Shown: piece by piece, positions 33,901 to 43,463 of the stretch
How the letters are laid out: each line of letters starts with the position of its first letter
Position numbering within the stretch: the stretch's first letter is position 1
NCBI GenBank assembly: GCA_029858285.1
Contig: JAOUFN010000005.1
Location: forward strand, 75,294 to 139,293
Reading direction: 5' to 3'
DNA from: Nitrospirota bacterium
Lineage (GTDB): Bacteria; Nitrospirota; JACRHL01
DNA: 64,000 nt
Notes under the pieces: model-generated
The model's database searches: none
Seen by the model: the letters and a program-made list of their open reading frames with translations, nothing else
Told to the model about the DNA's origin: nothing
Translations under genes and position numbers: made by a program

Positions 33901-34408
33901 CCCGCAGGGCGTAGGTGCCGGCCTGTTCCACTTGGGGCACCTCGCGGTAGCCCATGGCCACCAGCCGCGTGGCGAGGGTGGCGGGGTCCAGCCGGGTGCC
34001 GCGTTCCAGCCACAGGGTGTGGGCGGCTGCTGCGTCCAAGGGCGGCAGGCGGTGCAGCACTGCTGCCACGGGCGCCACCAAAAGGGGAAATTTCTGGTCA
34101 CGGCAGGCAGCCAGAGCGGCCATTCGTCGCCCGGAGATCTCCGGCAGGGGAGAGGTGAACTCGTGGGGCAGGTTGTCCCAGGCAGGGAACAGCAAGGGCG
34201 GGGCCAAACCCAGGCGTTCACAAAAAAACGCCAAATCGGCGTGCAACTGGGTGGCGGCACCGTTGCCGGGGACCAGTACCAGCCACGGCGCAGGCCGGGC
34301 AGCGGCATGCCGCGCCAAAAGGTGGGCGGCGGCGGAGGGAGGCAGGCCGTACAGTGGGCGTGCGCCGTCGCCTGTCGTGGGTGGCATGGGCGGTTGATCT
34401 GGGTGCAT
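30956..34408 (-). CDS. mfd: Transcription-repair coupling factor Mfd
   Basis: ~1150 aa. A UvrB-homology N-terminus, a central RNAP-interacting domain, and DEEQRFG / superfamily 2 helicase motifs. The start is approximate. Confidence 0.95.
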   Translation of the reverse strand: MHPDQPPMPPTTGDGARPLYGLPPSAAAHLLARHAAARPAPWLVLVPGNGAATQLHADLAFFCERLGLAPPLLFPAWDNLPHEFTSPLPEISGRRMAALAACRDQKFPLLVAPVAAVLHRLPPLDAAAAHTLWLERGTRLDPATLATRLVAMGYREVPQVEQAGTYALRADILDVFPPQADPRSEHPYRIELFGDEVDSLKRFDPATQRSLGPGEQSPLRVCIPPVTELPLDAALVAIARQRVYDIAMQRQLDAPSVTLETGRIARTPRADGIETWAPFFFDTPMPTLTGYLPAGLHVALVDAEIVRARARGLSRKAAEAMAGEAARGTVVPEVAELFVTLDDLLTGHPQLAVESHPAPDREHQKDAIPEPYAWRTPEDLGLPPLEGAQGRGGFAPRFQRLAELATAGPVTVVCPDPERVAALNGILAEHRVAVGGGPGQVNLVNGGLSRGFATPDETFLTESELFGRQSPPPPPRRSRLAAFQTGFADLSPGDPLVHLTHGIGLYRGLKRMTVGDSEGDYLEIEYLGGDRVYVPMDRLELVQRYAGAEGTVPRLDQMGGKSWERTKRKVRRDLSELAGELVALAAAREVAKGHPFAPEGAAGVEFSASFPYTETADQMRTIEEIRADMERPRPMDRLVCGDVGYGKTEVALRAAFKAMLDGRQVVLLCPTTLLARQHYQTCSRRFDAWPFHIAQLSRFVPTREQNQTFKGLENGTVDMVIATHRLLTKEIPFYRLGLVIVDEEQRFGVTHKERLKQWKTSVDVLTLTATPIPRTLQLSLIGVRDLSVIDTPPPDRLAVQTRISRFDPTLIAEVIERELARDGQVFFIHNRVKDIGGMAQFLAKLIPTARIGVAHGQMPERNLEEVMRRFVDGETNILVSTSIVESGLDIPRANTIIINRADHFGLAELYQLRGRVGRSGRQAYAYLLGPEDGWTGEARERLMSIQQFTELGSGFRIAARDLEIRGAGSLLGHRQSGQIAQVGIDTYMHLIREAMAQVRGETLTTEFETTVRLGAAAEIPEDYVREGGVRLALYKRLSGCIDEAGVDALAEELADRFGSLPDALTPLLDAQRLKAVARRLRANEIGHAGNGRYQVTFAPDHTLSEVGLRLLLERFGKRLRFTSERSFMVDLGATPEQGGVAALLNLLREL

Positions 34409-34518
34409 CGCTTGGGCGGTCAGGTTGCGGACGCGACTGCGGAGGAGCCTCAGTCGCGGCATGAATAATTTTTTCGGAGGGGATTATTGTACGCGAGCGT
34501 CGGGGTACGGGGCCACGT

Positions 34519-36936
34519 TCACCACAGAGTGCCGCCGAAGGCGTCGCGGCCGGTACCGTTTGGGAGCACCGCGCCGGGGATGCGAGGAAGCAGGGAGCCG
34601 GGGCCGCTGGCGGGGCCGATCATCGATGCCGGACAGTGGCCGTTCAGGCTGGACGGGCTGCACTCGGCGTTCCACGGTGTGGGGGAGGCCTGGCCGAACA
34701 GGATATAGGCGCGCCCGGCGTCGTTGATCTGGGTCAGGGGGTCAAGGGGGTCCACGATCAGGTTGTTGAGGGGGGCGCCGAAGGCCAGGTCGGTGACGGT
34801 GTCGCCGTCCACGTCTCCCGCCATATGCAACGCGAAGCCCAACTGGTCCTGGGGTGCCTCGCCGACGATGCGGGCGTCGTAATTCGCATCCAGGGGGGCT
34901 CCCCCCAAATACAGGTCCACTCGCCCCAGGCTGCCCTCGTTGGGGTTGGCGGCGCCCGCGTTGGAGTAGGGCACACCCACCGCCAGATCGGAGTAACCGT
35001 CGCCGTTGACGTCCCCACCGCCGGTGACGAACTGGCCGAAGGCCTCGTTAACGGCTCCCCCGGTAATGGTCAGCAACAGTGCCGGAGGTGTGGGTGAGGT
35101 GCGGGCACCGAACACCTGAACCCGGCCCGTATGGGTGGCCGCAGGGTCCCATCCGGGCGCCCCTACCACCAGGGAGTCGAAGCCGCTGTCGTTGATGTCC
35201 CCGCCCCGGGCCAGGGCGGAGCCGAATAGCTCCAGCGGGCCGCTGCCGGTCATCTCCCTGTCGGCCAAGGCGTCCAGCCCGGGGCCACCGTGGAAGATCA
35301 GCACCCGTCCGGCGTACTGCCAGATGCCGCCCGAGCCATCCGGGATGTGGGCATTGGGGGCGCCCACCGCCAGATCCGGCCAGCCATCGGCGTTCAAGTC
35401 CATGCCGCCCGCCACTGCCAGTCCCAGCAGTTCGGCGGTGCCGCTGCCGGTTAATATCAAGTCCGGTACTGCGTCCATCGGATTGCCGCCGAAGAACACC
35501 AGCACCCGCCCGGCGTCGAGGACCGGGGGAGTGGTGGTGTCGTGCTGGTAGGCCGAGACTACCAGGTCGTCAAAGCCATCGGCATTCAGGTCGAAGCCGG
35601 AGGCCAGAGGAAAGCCCAGTCCGTCGCCGAAATTGTACCCCTGAATGGTCAGGTCCGCGGCAGTGTCCGGCAGGGAGCCAGCGGGCGGAACGGCGCTGCC
35701 GAAGAACACGCGCACCGCTCCTGACTGGGGCAGTGGGGCGTGTTCCCGGTAGGAGCCGATGATAACATCGGAAAAGCCGTCGCCGTTCAGGTCGCCCATG
35801 GCGGTGCCGATGCCGAATTCGGCGCGGGTGTGGGTTCCCTGATAGGTGAGTGCCCGGGTCTCGGTGGTCGCCGTGCCGTGGGTGCCGAGGGAACTGCCAC
35901 CGAAAAACAGGTCCACCCGGCCCCGATTGTCGGCGCTCAGGGGGCTTTGGCCGCCGTCGTCCCCGGCCACACCCACGGCCACGTCGGTGAATCCATCGCC
36001 GTTCACGTCGCCGGGGGCATTGCCCACGCTGAAGCGGCGGGCCTGCCCAAAGGTGGCTCCACCGGCGTCCACGGCGGCGAAGCGCCAGTAATGGACTCCT
36101 TTGGCAAGGGTGCGGGTAATGGGGGGCAGGGTGGCGGCGGTGACGTTGAGGGAATCCTCCAGAATGTCAAAGGCGGGGGTGGCTGCCACCTCCAGCCGGT
36201 AACCGGTAGCCCCTGCCGCGGGAAACCACCAGAACTGTACCGGACTGGTGGCGGACGAAGCTGCGCCGATGCGGTCGTCCTGCAGAGGGTAGTTGAGGCG
36301 CGCTACCGGCAGCGGCGCGTTGGTGCGGGTGACGGAAATCAGCGTGGCGGGGCTGACATTTCCTGCTGCGTCGATCTGGGTGAAGGACAGGGCGTTGGCC
36401 CCGGCCGTCGGCAGGGAGATGGACGCGGCAAATGTGGGGGAGGGACCCGGCGGTACCAGCAGTGAGCCATTCAGCAGCACCTGGGCACTGGCCTCGCGGG
36501 TACCGGAAAGGGTGATGCTGCCGGGGGTGGCGGTATCGTCCGGGGGGGAGGTGATGCCGGGCGCGGCGGGGGGATAGATGTCGCGCACGATGGTCACCGG
36601 AACCGCAGCGGACTTCGCCCCCAGACTGTCCCAGGCGGTGATCTGAAAGGTATTGGTGCCTACGGTGAGGGGCAGTGTGACGGTCCAGAATTCATCACAT
36701 CCCGCCGCCACTTTTTCGGCACTGTCCACATGAATGGAATTTTGCAAACCGCGCCAGCCGGAGATTTCGTACGCGGCGCGGCTGGTGCTGGAGGGCAACG
36801 CCCCCAGCATCGGGGCGGGGGGAGTAACGGGGGGCTGAACTCCGCACGGTGGGCCGATGTTATCCGGGCTGGCACAGGCGGTCAGCAGCCAAGCTCCCAC
36901 CAAGACCCACAGCCAGGCTCCCAAGCGGCCTCGCAT
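34519..36936 (-). CDS. FG-GAP repeat (integrin alpha-like) lipoprotein with Ig-like N-terminal domains
   Basis: Lipobox LLTAC. Multiple repeats of the form VNGDGFTDVAVG, LNGDGFSDVIIG, LNADGWPDLAVG. Confidence 0.75.
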   Translation of the reverse strand: MRGRLGAWLWVLVGAWLLTACASPDNIGPPCGVQPPVTPPAPMLGALPSSTSRAAYEISGWRGLQNSIHVDSAEKVAAGCDEFWTVTLPLTVGTNTFQITAWDSLGAKSAAVPVTIVRDIYPPAAPGITSPPDDTATPGSITLSGTREASAQVLLNGSLLVPPGPSPTFAASISLPTAGANALSFTQIDAAGNVSPATLISVTRTNAPLPVARLNYPLQDDRIGAASSATSPVQFWWFPAAGATGYRLEVAATPAFDILEDSLNVTAATLPPITRTLAKGVHYWRFAAVDAGGATFGQARRFSVGNAPGDVNGDGFTDVAVGVAGDDGGQSPLSADNRGRVDLFFGGSSLGTHGTATTETRALTYQGTHTRAEFGIGTAMGDLNGDGFSDVIIGSYREHAPLPQSGAVRVFFGSAVPPAGSLPDTAADLTIQGYNFGDGLGFPLASGFDLNADGFDDLVVSAYQHDTTTPPVLDAGRVLVFFGGNPMDAVPDLILTGSGTAELLGLAVAGGMDLNADGWPDLAVGAPNAHIPDGSGGIWQYAGRVLIFHGGPGLDALADREMTGSGPLELFGSALARGGDINDSGFDSLVVGAPGWDPAATHTGRVQVFGARTSPTPPALLLTITGGAVNEAFGQFVTGGGDVNGDGYSDLAVGVPYSNAGAANPNEGSLGRVDLYLGGAPLDANYDARIVGEAPQDQLGFALHMAGDVDGDTVTDLAFGAPLNNLIVDPLDPLTQINDAGRAYILFGQASPTPWNAECSPSSLNGHCPASMIGPASGPGSLLPRIPGAVLPNGTGRDAFGGTLW

Positions 36937-37074
36937 CAGCGGGCTACCTACTGGTAGGTAGGGTAAGCGACCGGAATGGGTCGCGGGGCTGCGCACGGGT
37001 GTCTTGAGCATACTGGGCTGTACTGTACGCAAAACCCGTGCCCGGAACCAAGGGTGTTGGTGGACAGGGGGGGC

Positions 37075-37701
37075 TTACCCTGCGGTTAGCAAGGCTTCTT
37101 CGGCCACAACGACCAAGCTTTCCACCGGAACTGCCCCGGACACCAGACGGTCACCGATGAGGAATGCCGGGACACCGGTTACTCCGGCTCGGCGGGCAAC
37201 GGCGAAATTCTCTCGCAGCCGTTCCTCGTAGCGGGGTTCGATGAGGGCCTGCTCGAAGCGGGAGCGCTCCATGCCCGCCTGACGCGATACCTCCTCCAGA
37301 ACGGCGGACTCCGCCAGGTTGCGACCGTGGCTGAGGTAGGCGGCAAACAGCCCCTCATGCACGGCGCGGAACACGGCAGGCCCCTCCTCGCGGGCCGCTT
37401 CTGCAAGCAACAGGGCCTTGTGGGAATTGTAGGTGTGGGTACGCTGGAACAGTGCGATGTTTTCCATTGCCGCCATACTGGTCAGGTGCACCATCATGCG
37501 TTCCCACACATCCGGTGGGTAGCCCAAAGCCTCCAGGGGCATCCCCTCGAGTGGGGTTTGGGGGTGGATTTCCACCATGCGCCAGGTGACCTGCAAGTCG
37601 TAGCGGGCCGCCAGTCGGTTCAGGCGGCGTTCCCCCACATAGCAGAATGGGCAGACGTAGTCCGAGAACACGGTGACGGCAAGCTGCGGAAGTGTGGCCA
37701 T
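37075..37701 (-). CDS. DsbA-family dithiol oxidoreductase (FrnE-like)
   Basis: DYVCPFCY active site. ~208 aa. Confidence 0.8.
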   Translation of the reverse strand: MATLPQLAVTVFSDYVCPFCYVGERRLNRLAARYDLQVTWRMVEIHPQTPLEGMPLEALGYPPDVWERMMVHLTSMAAMENIALFQRTHTYNSHKALLLAEAAREEGPAVFRAVHEGLFAAYLSHGRNLAESAVLEEVSRQAGMERSRFEQALIEPRYEERLRENFAVARRAGVTGVPAFLIGDRLVSGAVPVESLVVVAEEALLTAG

Positions 37702-37818
37702 GATGATCCCCCCTTGGGTCTGGTGGCGCTGGCAGGCGAGTCTGGAAATGTTGCGGATCCGATTCCCCATTCTAGCCGCTCTGCGGGCGGTTGCCCACCC
37801 CGGTTCCCCGGCGGGGGG

Positions 37819-38450
37819 TCACATCGTCAGGAAACTCTCGCGAATGCCGTCCACCGCATATTGCACCGACAGGGCGGCCAGTATCAGTCCAAGCAGGCGA
37901 GACACCACGTTGGCGCCGGTCTCTCCCAGACGGCGCATGATCGGTTCCGCCAGCAGCAGGCAGGCCAGCACCAGCCCGAGGACGAACAGCATCATGCCGA
38001 TGGTGGCCACGTAGGGCAGAAGGCCCTCGGCGCGCTTGGAGAACAAAAGCACCGTGGTCAGGGCTCCGGGACCGGCGATCAGGGGAAAAGCCAGGGGGAA
38101 TACCGAAATGTCGTCCCGGTGACCGGCCTCCTCGCGCTCGCTGGTGGTGGTGGAGCGCAGCCCCGACTGGCGGGCGAAGATCATGTCGATGGAGAGCAGG
38201 AACAGGAGCAACCCGCCGGCAATGCGGAATGCGGGCATGCCGATGCCGAAGATTTCCAGGATGTGCCGCCCGAATACGGCGAACGCTGCCAGGATGCAGG
38301 TGGAATAAGCCACGCTGTGCACGGCCATGCGCCGCCGGTGGGCCGGGGTGTCCCGGTGTGACAGGGCCCAGAAGATGGGCACCATGCCCAGTGGATCCAA
38401 CACCACCAGCCAGGTGGCAAATTCATTGAGACCGAACACTTGAAGGACCC
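37819..38450 (-). CDS. MarC-family (UPF0056) membrane protein
   Basis: LVVLDPLGMVPIF motif and a multi-TM profile. The start is uncertain. Confidence 0.7.
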
Positions 38451-38561
38451 CTCCCCGAGACGCTGCCGCCCCCCAGTATACGGCAGACGGCGGTGTGCGT
38501 GTGGGATCGGAAACCTGGATCGACAGGCCGGAGCCCCTGCCTGTACGCGGCCTCGGACGGG

Positions 38562-39662
38562 CTACCTGTAGGGAGGGAATGTCGTCACTGCTAAAGTGAC
38601 TGCGGGCAGATCCACCCACACCCGGGTGTGGCCGTCGCCGCTCTCCGCTCCAGCGGTCCCGCCGTGGGCCTCGGCCAGTCTCCGTACAATGGCGAGCCCC
38701 ACACCCGAACCACCGCTGGCGCGGGCACGGGATTTGTCCACCCGGTAAAACCGTTCAAAGATCAGTGGCAGTTCGGCGGCAGGAATTTCCTCTCCCTGAT
38801 TGTCCACGGACAGGCGCAAGAGCGTCCCCAGGCGTGCGGCGGACAGGGTGATGGCGCCTCCTGGCGTGGCGTGACGGCAGGCGTTGTCCAACAAATTGCG
38901 CAGGATCTGCGCCAGACGACCGGGGTCGCCGTGGACGGTTGTCGCATCGGGGGCCACCGTCACCGATGACAGCAGCGATTTTTCCTCGAGATGCGGGCGG
39001 TACAGGAGAAGGGTGGATTCCAGCAATTCCCGGGTGTCCACCTGCCGGGGTGACAGGTTCAGGCGGGCGGCGTCGGCCCGGCTGAGCTCCCCCAGATCGT
39101 TGACCAGTCGTACCAGCCGCAACACTTCTTCGTGGAGCATGGAGAAAATGTGAGGTTCCGGGGCCACCACCCCATCGCGCAACCCTTCCAGATATCCGCG
39201 CACGTTACTCAAGGGGGTGCGCAGTTCGTGTGCGACGTCGGCCACCATGGTCTTGCGTAAGGATTCGATTCGCCCCAGGTTTTCCGCCATGGCGTTGAAG
39301 GCCCGCCCCAGTTCCCCCACCTCGTCGCTGGAGACGGCGGTGACCCGCTCGCCGTATTCGCCCCGGGCGATGCGTCGCGAGGCCCCGGTCATGTCCCACA
39401 ACGGGCGCAGCAGACGGCGGGTGAGCAGGGTGCTGAACACCACTGCCAGCGTCAGCCCCCCCAAGCTGGCCCACAACATGTAACGGTGCACCGCGCTCAG
39501 AAACATTCGGTGGGTGTCTGCCGGGTTCACGTGATACTGGTCCATCAGTACCATGAAGTAGCCGGCCGCCAGGGTGTCTACGGCCCACCACAACACGGCG
39601 ACTACCGCCACCATCAGGGGCAGGTTGACGGCCAGCAGCTTGAGCAGAAGGCCAGGCTTCAT
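38562..39662 (-). CDS. Sensor histidine kinase (HAMP-HisKA-HATPase)
   Basis: H-box VAHELRTPLS, N box LLDNACRH and G boxes GSGVGLAIV. Confidence 0.9.
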   Translation of the reverse strand: MKPGLLLKLLAVNLPLMVAVVAVLWWAVDTLAAGYFMVLMDQYHVNPADTHRMFLSAVHRYMLWASLGGLTLAVVFSTLLTRRLLRPLWDMTGASRRIARGEYGERVTAVSSDEVGELGRAFNAMAENLGRIESLRKTMVADVAHELRTPLSNVRGYLEGLRDGVVAPEPHIFSMLHEEVLRLVRLVNDLGELSRADAARLNLSPRQVDTRELLESTLLLYRPHLEEKSLLSSVTVAPDATTVHGDPGRLAQILRNLLDNACRHATPGGAITLSAARLGTLLRLSVDNQGEEIPAAELPLIFERFYRVDKSRARASGGSGVGLAIVRRLAEAHGGTAGAESGDGHTRVWVDLPAVTLAVTTFPPYR

Positions 39663-40369
39663 GCGTGGTCGCCATCACCGGAGAACTTGTAGCCCGCACC
39701 GCGGACGGTGAGGATATAGCGCGGCTGGGCCGGGTTTGGCTCCAGCTTCTGGCGCAGCCGCCCCACATGGACGTCCACTACCCGATCAATCACCACTGCC
39801 CCGTCTGTGTGCAGGCGGTTAAGCAACTCGTCGCGACTGAACACCCGGCCGGGGCGGGACATCAAAGTGTGCAGGAGCTGGAACTCGGAACGGGTGAGGG
39901 GCACCTCGTGGCCGTCGCGGGTGAGGCGGTGTTGTTCCGGGTACAGGCACAAACCGCCTTGCACCAGTGGGAGCGGGGGGCCGCCACCACCCGTGGCACG
40001 GCGCAGAATGGCCTTTACCCGCGCCACCATCTCGCGCGGGGAGAATGGCTTTACCAGATAGTCGTCCGCCCCCAGGGTCAACCCCAGCACCCGGTCCAGT
40101 TCCTCGGCACGGGCGGTGAGCATCAGGATCGGCACGCTGGATTCGGCCCGCAGGCGGCGGCAAATCTCCCATCCATCCACGTACGGCAGCATCAGATCCA
40201 GCACCAGCAGCGACGGAGAGAGGCGGCGGAACGCCTCCAGCGTGGCCTCACCGTCGGCTGCAATGTGGGTGGCGTAGCCTTCACGCGATAAATAGCGCTC
40301 CACCAGGGCGGCGATGTTGGGATCGTCTTCGGCGATCAATATCAGGGGGGTGGGCATGGGTGGCGGCAT
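39659..40369 (-). CDS. OmpR-family response regulator
   Basis: Receiver domain (LVLDLMLP, conserved Asp) with a winged-helix output (ILTVRGAGY). It overlaps the kinase start. Confidence 0.9.
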   Translation of the reverse strand: MPPPMPTPLILIAEDDPNIAALVERYLSREGYATHIAADGEATLEAFRRLSPSLLVLDLMLPYVDGWEICRRLRAESSVPILMLTARAEELDRVLGLTLGADDYLVKPFSPREMVARVKAILRRATGGGGPPLPLVQGGLCLYPEQHRLTRDGHEVPLTRSEFQLLHTLMSRPGRVFSRDELLNRLHTDGAVVIDRVVDVHVGRLRQKLEPNPAQPRYILTVRGAGYKFSGDGDHA

Positions 40370-40475
40370 CCTTCTGTTCCGAACATAGCATGCTGCCCCG
40401 CGATACGGGGCTATGTGACGGAATCTTTACCAATTATCCCGATTGCCACCCACGGATATATTCTGCCGTCGGGGC

Positions 40476-41360
40476 TCAGACGATCGCTACCAGTGCGATA
40501 CCGCCGACGGTGAGGGCCAGCCCCATTTGCTGGACCGGCCCCAGCCGCTCGCGCAGGAACACCCGGGCCAGGGCTACGGTGAACAGGGGAATGGTGGACG
40601 ACACCGGCGCTACCAGCGAAAGGAAGGTGTGGGTGAGGGCCTGGCAAAAAAACACGAAGGCGGCGGCGTCCAGCGCTCCCGCCGCCAGCAGGGTCATACG
40701 GCAGCCGCGGGGTGGCAGGGTCAGGCGCTGTGCCGCCAGCAGCCACACCAGTAATGCCATAACCCCGAGTACCCGTACCCACAGGGCCACGCTGTCTGGG
40801 TCCAGGCGATCCACGCTCAGCTTCATGCCGAACAGGGACATGCCGAACAGTACGGCGCACAGCAAGGCCGGGGCAATTCCGCGCTGAACGCGGGGATTGG
40901 CGAGGGGGTTGGCGGGGGACAAATCGGGAAGGTGTACCCCCTTGCCCAGGCTCAGCAGCATCACGCCGCCCATCACGCAGGAGATGCCGCCGTACTGCCA
41001 CGGCAGCGGCCGTTCTCCTAGTACGATCAACGCCAGCACCACCGGGATAATGGCGTTGGCGGCGGCGATGGGTGACACCACCGATAGTACCCCCACCTTG
41101 AGCGCCCGGTACAGAGCGGCATAGCCAAACATGGCGAGCAGGGCGGTGACCAGCAGCAATAGCCGGTCGGGGGCGTGTACGGCATGCACCCCGGAGGGAA
41201 TAGTGTACAGGGCCACACCGATCAGCCCGACCACCAGCACGCCGAACAGGGTTTCCAGATCGCCATAGGTACGGGTAACCCCTCGCGCCAGAAAATCCGC
41301 CACCCCCCAGCAGGCGGAGGCGGCAAGCCCCAGCAGGATGCCCAGCAGCAGTCCGCTCAC
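40476..41360 (-). CDS. EamA/DMT-family transporter
   Basis: 10-TM duplicated EamA profile. The proposed GTG start overlaps the murU stop (GTGA). Confidence 0.75.
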   Translation of the reverse strand: MSGLLLGILLGLAASACWGVADFLARGVTRTYGDLETLFGVLVVGLIGVALYTIPSGVHAVHAPDRLLLLVTALLAMFGYAALYRALKVGVLSVVSPIAAANAIIPVVLALIVLGERPLPWQYGGISCVMGGVMLLSLGKGVHLPDLSPANPLANPRVQRGIAPALLCAVLFGMSLFGMKLSVDRLDPDSVALWVRVLGVMALLVWLLAAQRLTLPPRGCRMTLLAAGALDAAAFVFFCQALTHTFLSLVAPVSSTIPLFTVALARVFLRERLGPVQQMGLALTVGGIALVAIV

Positions 41361-42115
41361 GGGTGGGGGAAGGTCACGCGTCCGGTGGCCAGATCGGCTT
41401 CGGCCTGCAACAGGCGTTCCGGGGTGCCCAGATCGGACCAATAACCATGGTGCACGAAGGCCGCCAGATGTTCCCCGGCGCGGAGTGCGGCCATGTAACT
41501 GTCGGTGATGGGGAACACTGTACCTGCGGGATTCAGGTAGGTCAGACAGCCGGGGGAGATCACCTGAATGCCGGTAAACATGTATTCGCGGGTGGCCCCG
41601 CCGGTGTCCAAATGCAGGAAGCGGCGGATACGCCCGGCGTCGTCGGTGGCGATGGCCCCGTATTGGGCCGCTTGCGGGTCGGGGCGCAGCACCAAAGTGG
41701 CGGCGGTGTTACTGTCTGCGTGCAGGGCAACGTGGTGGGCGATGACGGCGGACAGGTCCGCATCCACCAGAATGTCGCTGTTGATCATCAGCAGCGGCCC
41801 TTCCGCCAGTTGCGGCGATTCCCGGATGGCGTTGGCGAGTCCGCCACCGGTGCCCAGAATGACCTGTTCCGTATGGTAGGCAAGGCGCAATCCCCAGCGG
41901 GAACCGTCTCCCAGTGTGGCGGGGATCTGCTCCCCCAGGTGGTGGGTGTTGACGTGGACCTCGCGGATACCCGCTGCTGCCAGCAGGGCCAGCACGCGGA
42001 ACACCATGGGTTCGCCGCCAAGGGAGATCAGGGGCTTGGGGTGGTGATCGGTGAGGGGGCGCAACCGTTCCCCGCGCCCGGCGGCCAGCAGCATGGCGCG
42101 GGTGACAACGGTCAT
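41357..42115 (-). CDS. murU: N-acetylmuramate alpha-1-phosphate uridylyltransferase MurU-like nucleotidyltransferase
   Basis: An LLAAGRGERLRPLT nucleotidyltransferase N-terminus, ~250 aa. It lies downstream of an APH-like kinase, as in the Pseudomonas amgK-murU pair. Confidence 0.75.
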   Translation of the reverse strand: MTVVTRAMLLAAGRGERLRPLTDHHPKPLISLGGEPMVFRVLALLAAAGIREVHVNTHHLGEQIPATLGDGSRWGLRLAYHTEQVILGTGGGLANAIRESPQLAEGPLLMINSDILVDADLSAVIAHHVALHADSNTAATLVLRPDPQAAQYGAIATDDAGRIRRFLHLDTGGATREYMFTGIQVISPGCLTYLNPAGTVFPITDSYMAALRAGEHLAAFVHHGYWSDLGTPERLLQAEADLATGRVTFPHP

Positions 42116-42173
42116 GTGTGGGCTGAGGTGTCCAAGGTGGACTGCGTCATCCCCCGGCTCATCTGCCGCCCGG

Positions 42174-43202
42174 TCATGCGCTGCCCATTTCGGCGTCCAG
42201 TTCGGCCAGGGTGCGGGCCAGGGGGGCCAGATCGTCGTGGCGGCTGAGCAGCCAGCGGGCACGGGCCAGACAGGTGGGGACGTCGGCCAGGAACTTGGGG
42301 TTGCCCTTGACGCGGTCGATGTAGACAAAGCGCCCGGCGGCCTTCAGCAGGCGCTGGAAGGCAGTGAGGTTGAGGGCGCGGGGGAAATTCTTGTCGAGCT
42401 TGACCGGGGCCTGTACCCAGTAGCGGGCGGTAAGGTCTTCGGCGACCCCCTCCGGCAGGGTGACGTAGGGGTCCCAGATGAGGGAGGCCAGGTCGTAGGT
42501 GGCGGGGCCCATCAGGGCGTCCTGAAAGTCGATGATGCCCAGGTGACCGGAGGGGCGCACCATGATGTTGCGGCTGTGGTAGTCGCGATGCACCAGCACC
42601 TGCGGCAGGCTGGCGATCTCGCGGGCGATGCGACCGAAATAGTCATCCAGCACCTGTTTCTGGTCGGGGGGGACCAAGGTGCGGTAGCGGGCCTCGATGC
42701 CGTATTCCACGTAGTGGTGGAACTCCCAAATCAGCAATTCTTCGGTGTAGGTGCGGTGGCTGGCCACGCAGCCGTCGTCCAGCGGGGTGGCGCGCTGCAT
42801 CATGGCCAGATGGTCCACGGCCTCCCAATAGAGGGCGGTGACATCTTCCTCGGGACGGCCCTCAATGGCGGCCATCAGACTGCGGTCGCCGAAATCCTCC
42901 AGCAGGATCAGCCCGGCGTCCATGTCCTGCCCGACGATGGCGGGCACCGGGATGGGGGCGCGGGTCAGGTAGCGCTGCATGTTGAGGAACGGCAATTCCT
43001 CTACTGGCACTTCCCCGGTGACGGCCTCCTCGCTCTTTTTAAAACCCTCGGCAGCGGCGAGTTGCATCAGGATGAAGCTGGCATCGCCCTGATGGACGCG
43101 AAAGTAGCGACGGTTGCTGGCGTCGCCGGGCAGTGTGTCGAGGGTGAAGGGGGCGGCATTGGGGAGCAGTGCGGCGATCTGCTGGGCATCGGGCTGTTGC
43201 AC
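42174..43202 (-). CDS. amgK: Aminoglycoside-phosphotransferase-fold kinase, AmgK-like (MurNAc/GlcNAc anomeric kinase)
   Basis: APH family features (RRYFRV N-terminal block, HRDYHSRNIM catalytic loop, IIDFQDA). The start is uncertain (GTG ~43202). Confidence 0.7.
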   Translation of the reverse strand: MQQPDAQQIAALLPNAAPFTLDTLPGDASNRRYFRVHQGDASFILMQLAAAEGFKKSEEAVTGEVPVEELPFLNMQRYLTRAPIPVPAIVGQDMDAGLILLEDFGDRSLMAAIEGRPEEDVTALYWEAVDHLAMMQRATPLDDGCVASHRTYTEELLIWEFHHYVEYGIEARYRTLVPPDQKQVLDDYFGRIAREIASLPQVLVHRDYHSRNIMVRPSGHLGIIDFQDALMGPATYDLASLIWDPYVTLPEGVAEDLTARYWVQAPVKLDKNFPRALNLTAFQRLLKAAGRFVYIDRVKGNPKFLADVPTCLARARWLLSRHDDLAPLARTLAELDAEMGSA

Positions 43203-43463
43203 GGGAAGCGGGAGTCTCCTGCGGGGTGGGTGCGCAATTATCACCCGGCGGGAGGCAGGATGAAAGGGGGGGAGCGGCCGTGCCCACAAAAAATGGGGGC
43301 GTGTGCTGTGCGCCGGAGCCTGGCTCCTCCGGGTGGACACCATCGTTACCCAATCGTTATCCATCCGAAATCATCGCGTTACCGACGGGAGGTAGGGTTA
43401 GGGCCAGATCACCGGCCACAGGGGCCGGGATTTGCGGTCCCCCTTTTGTTACGGAGCGAGACG

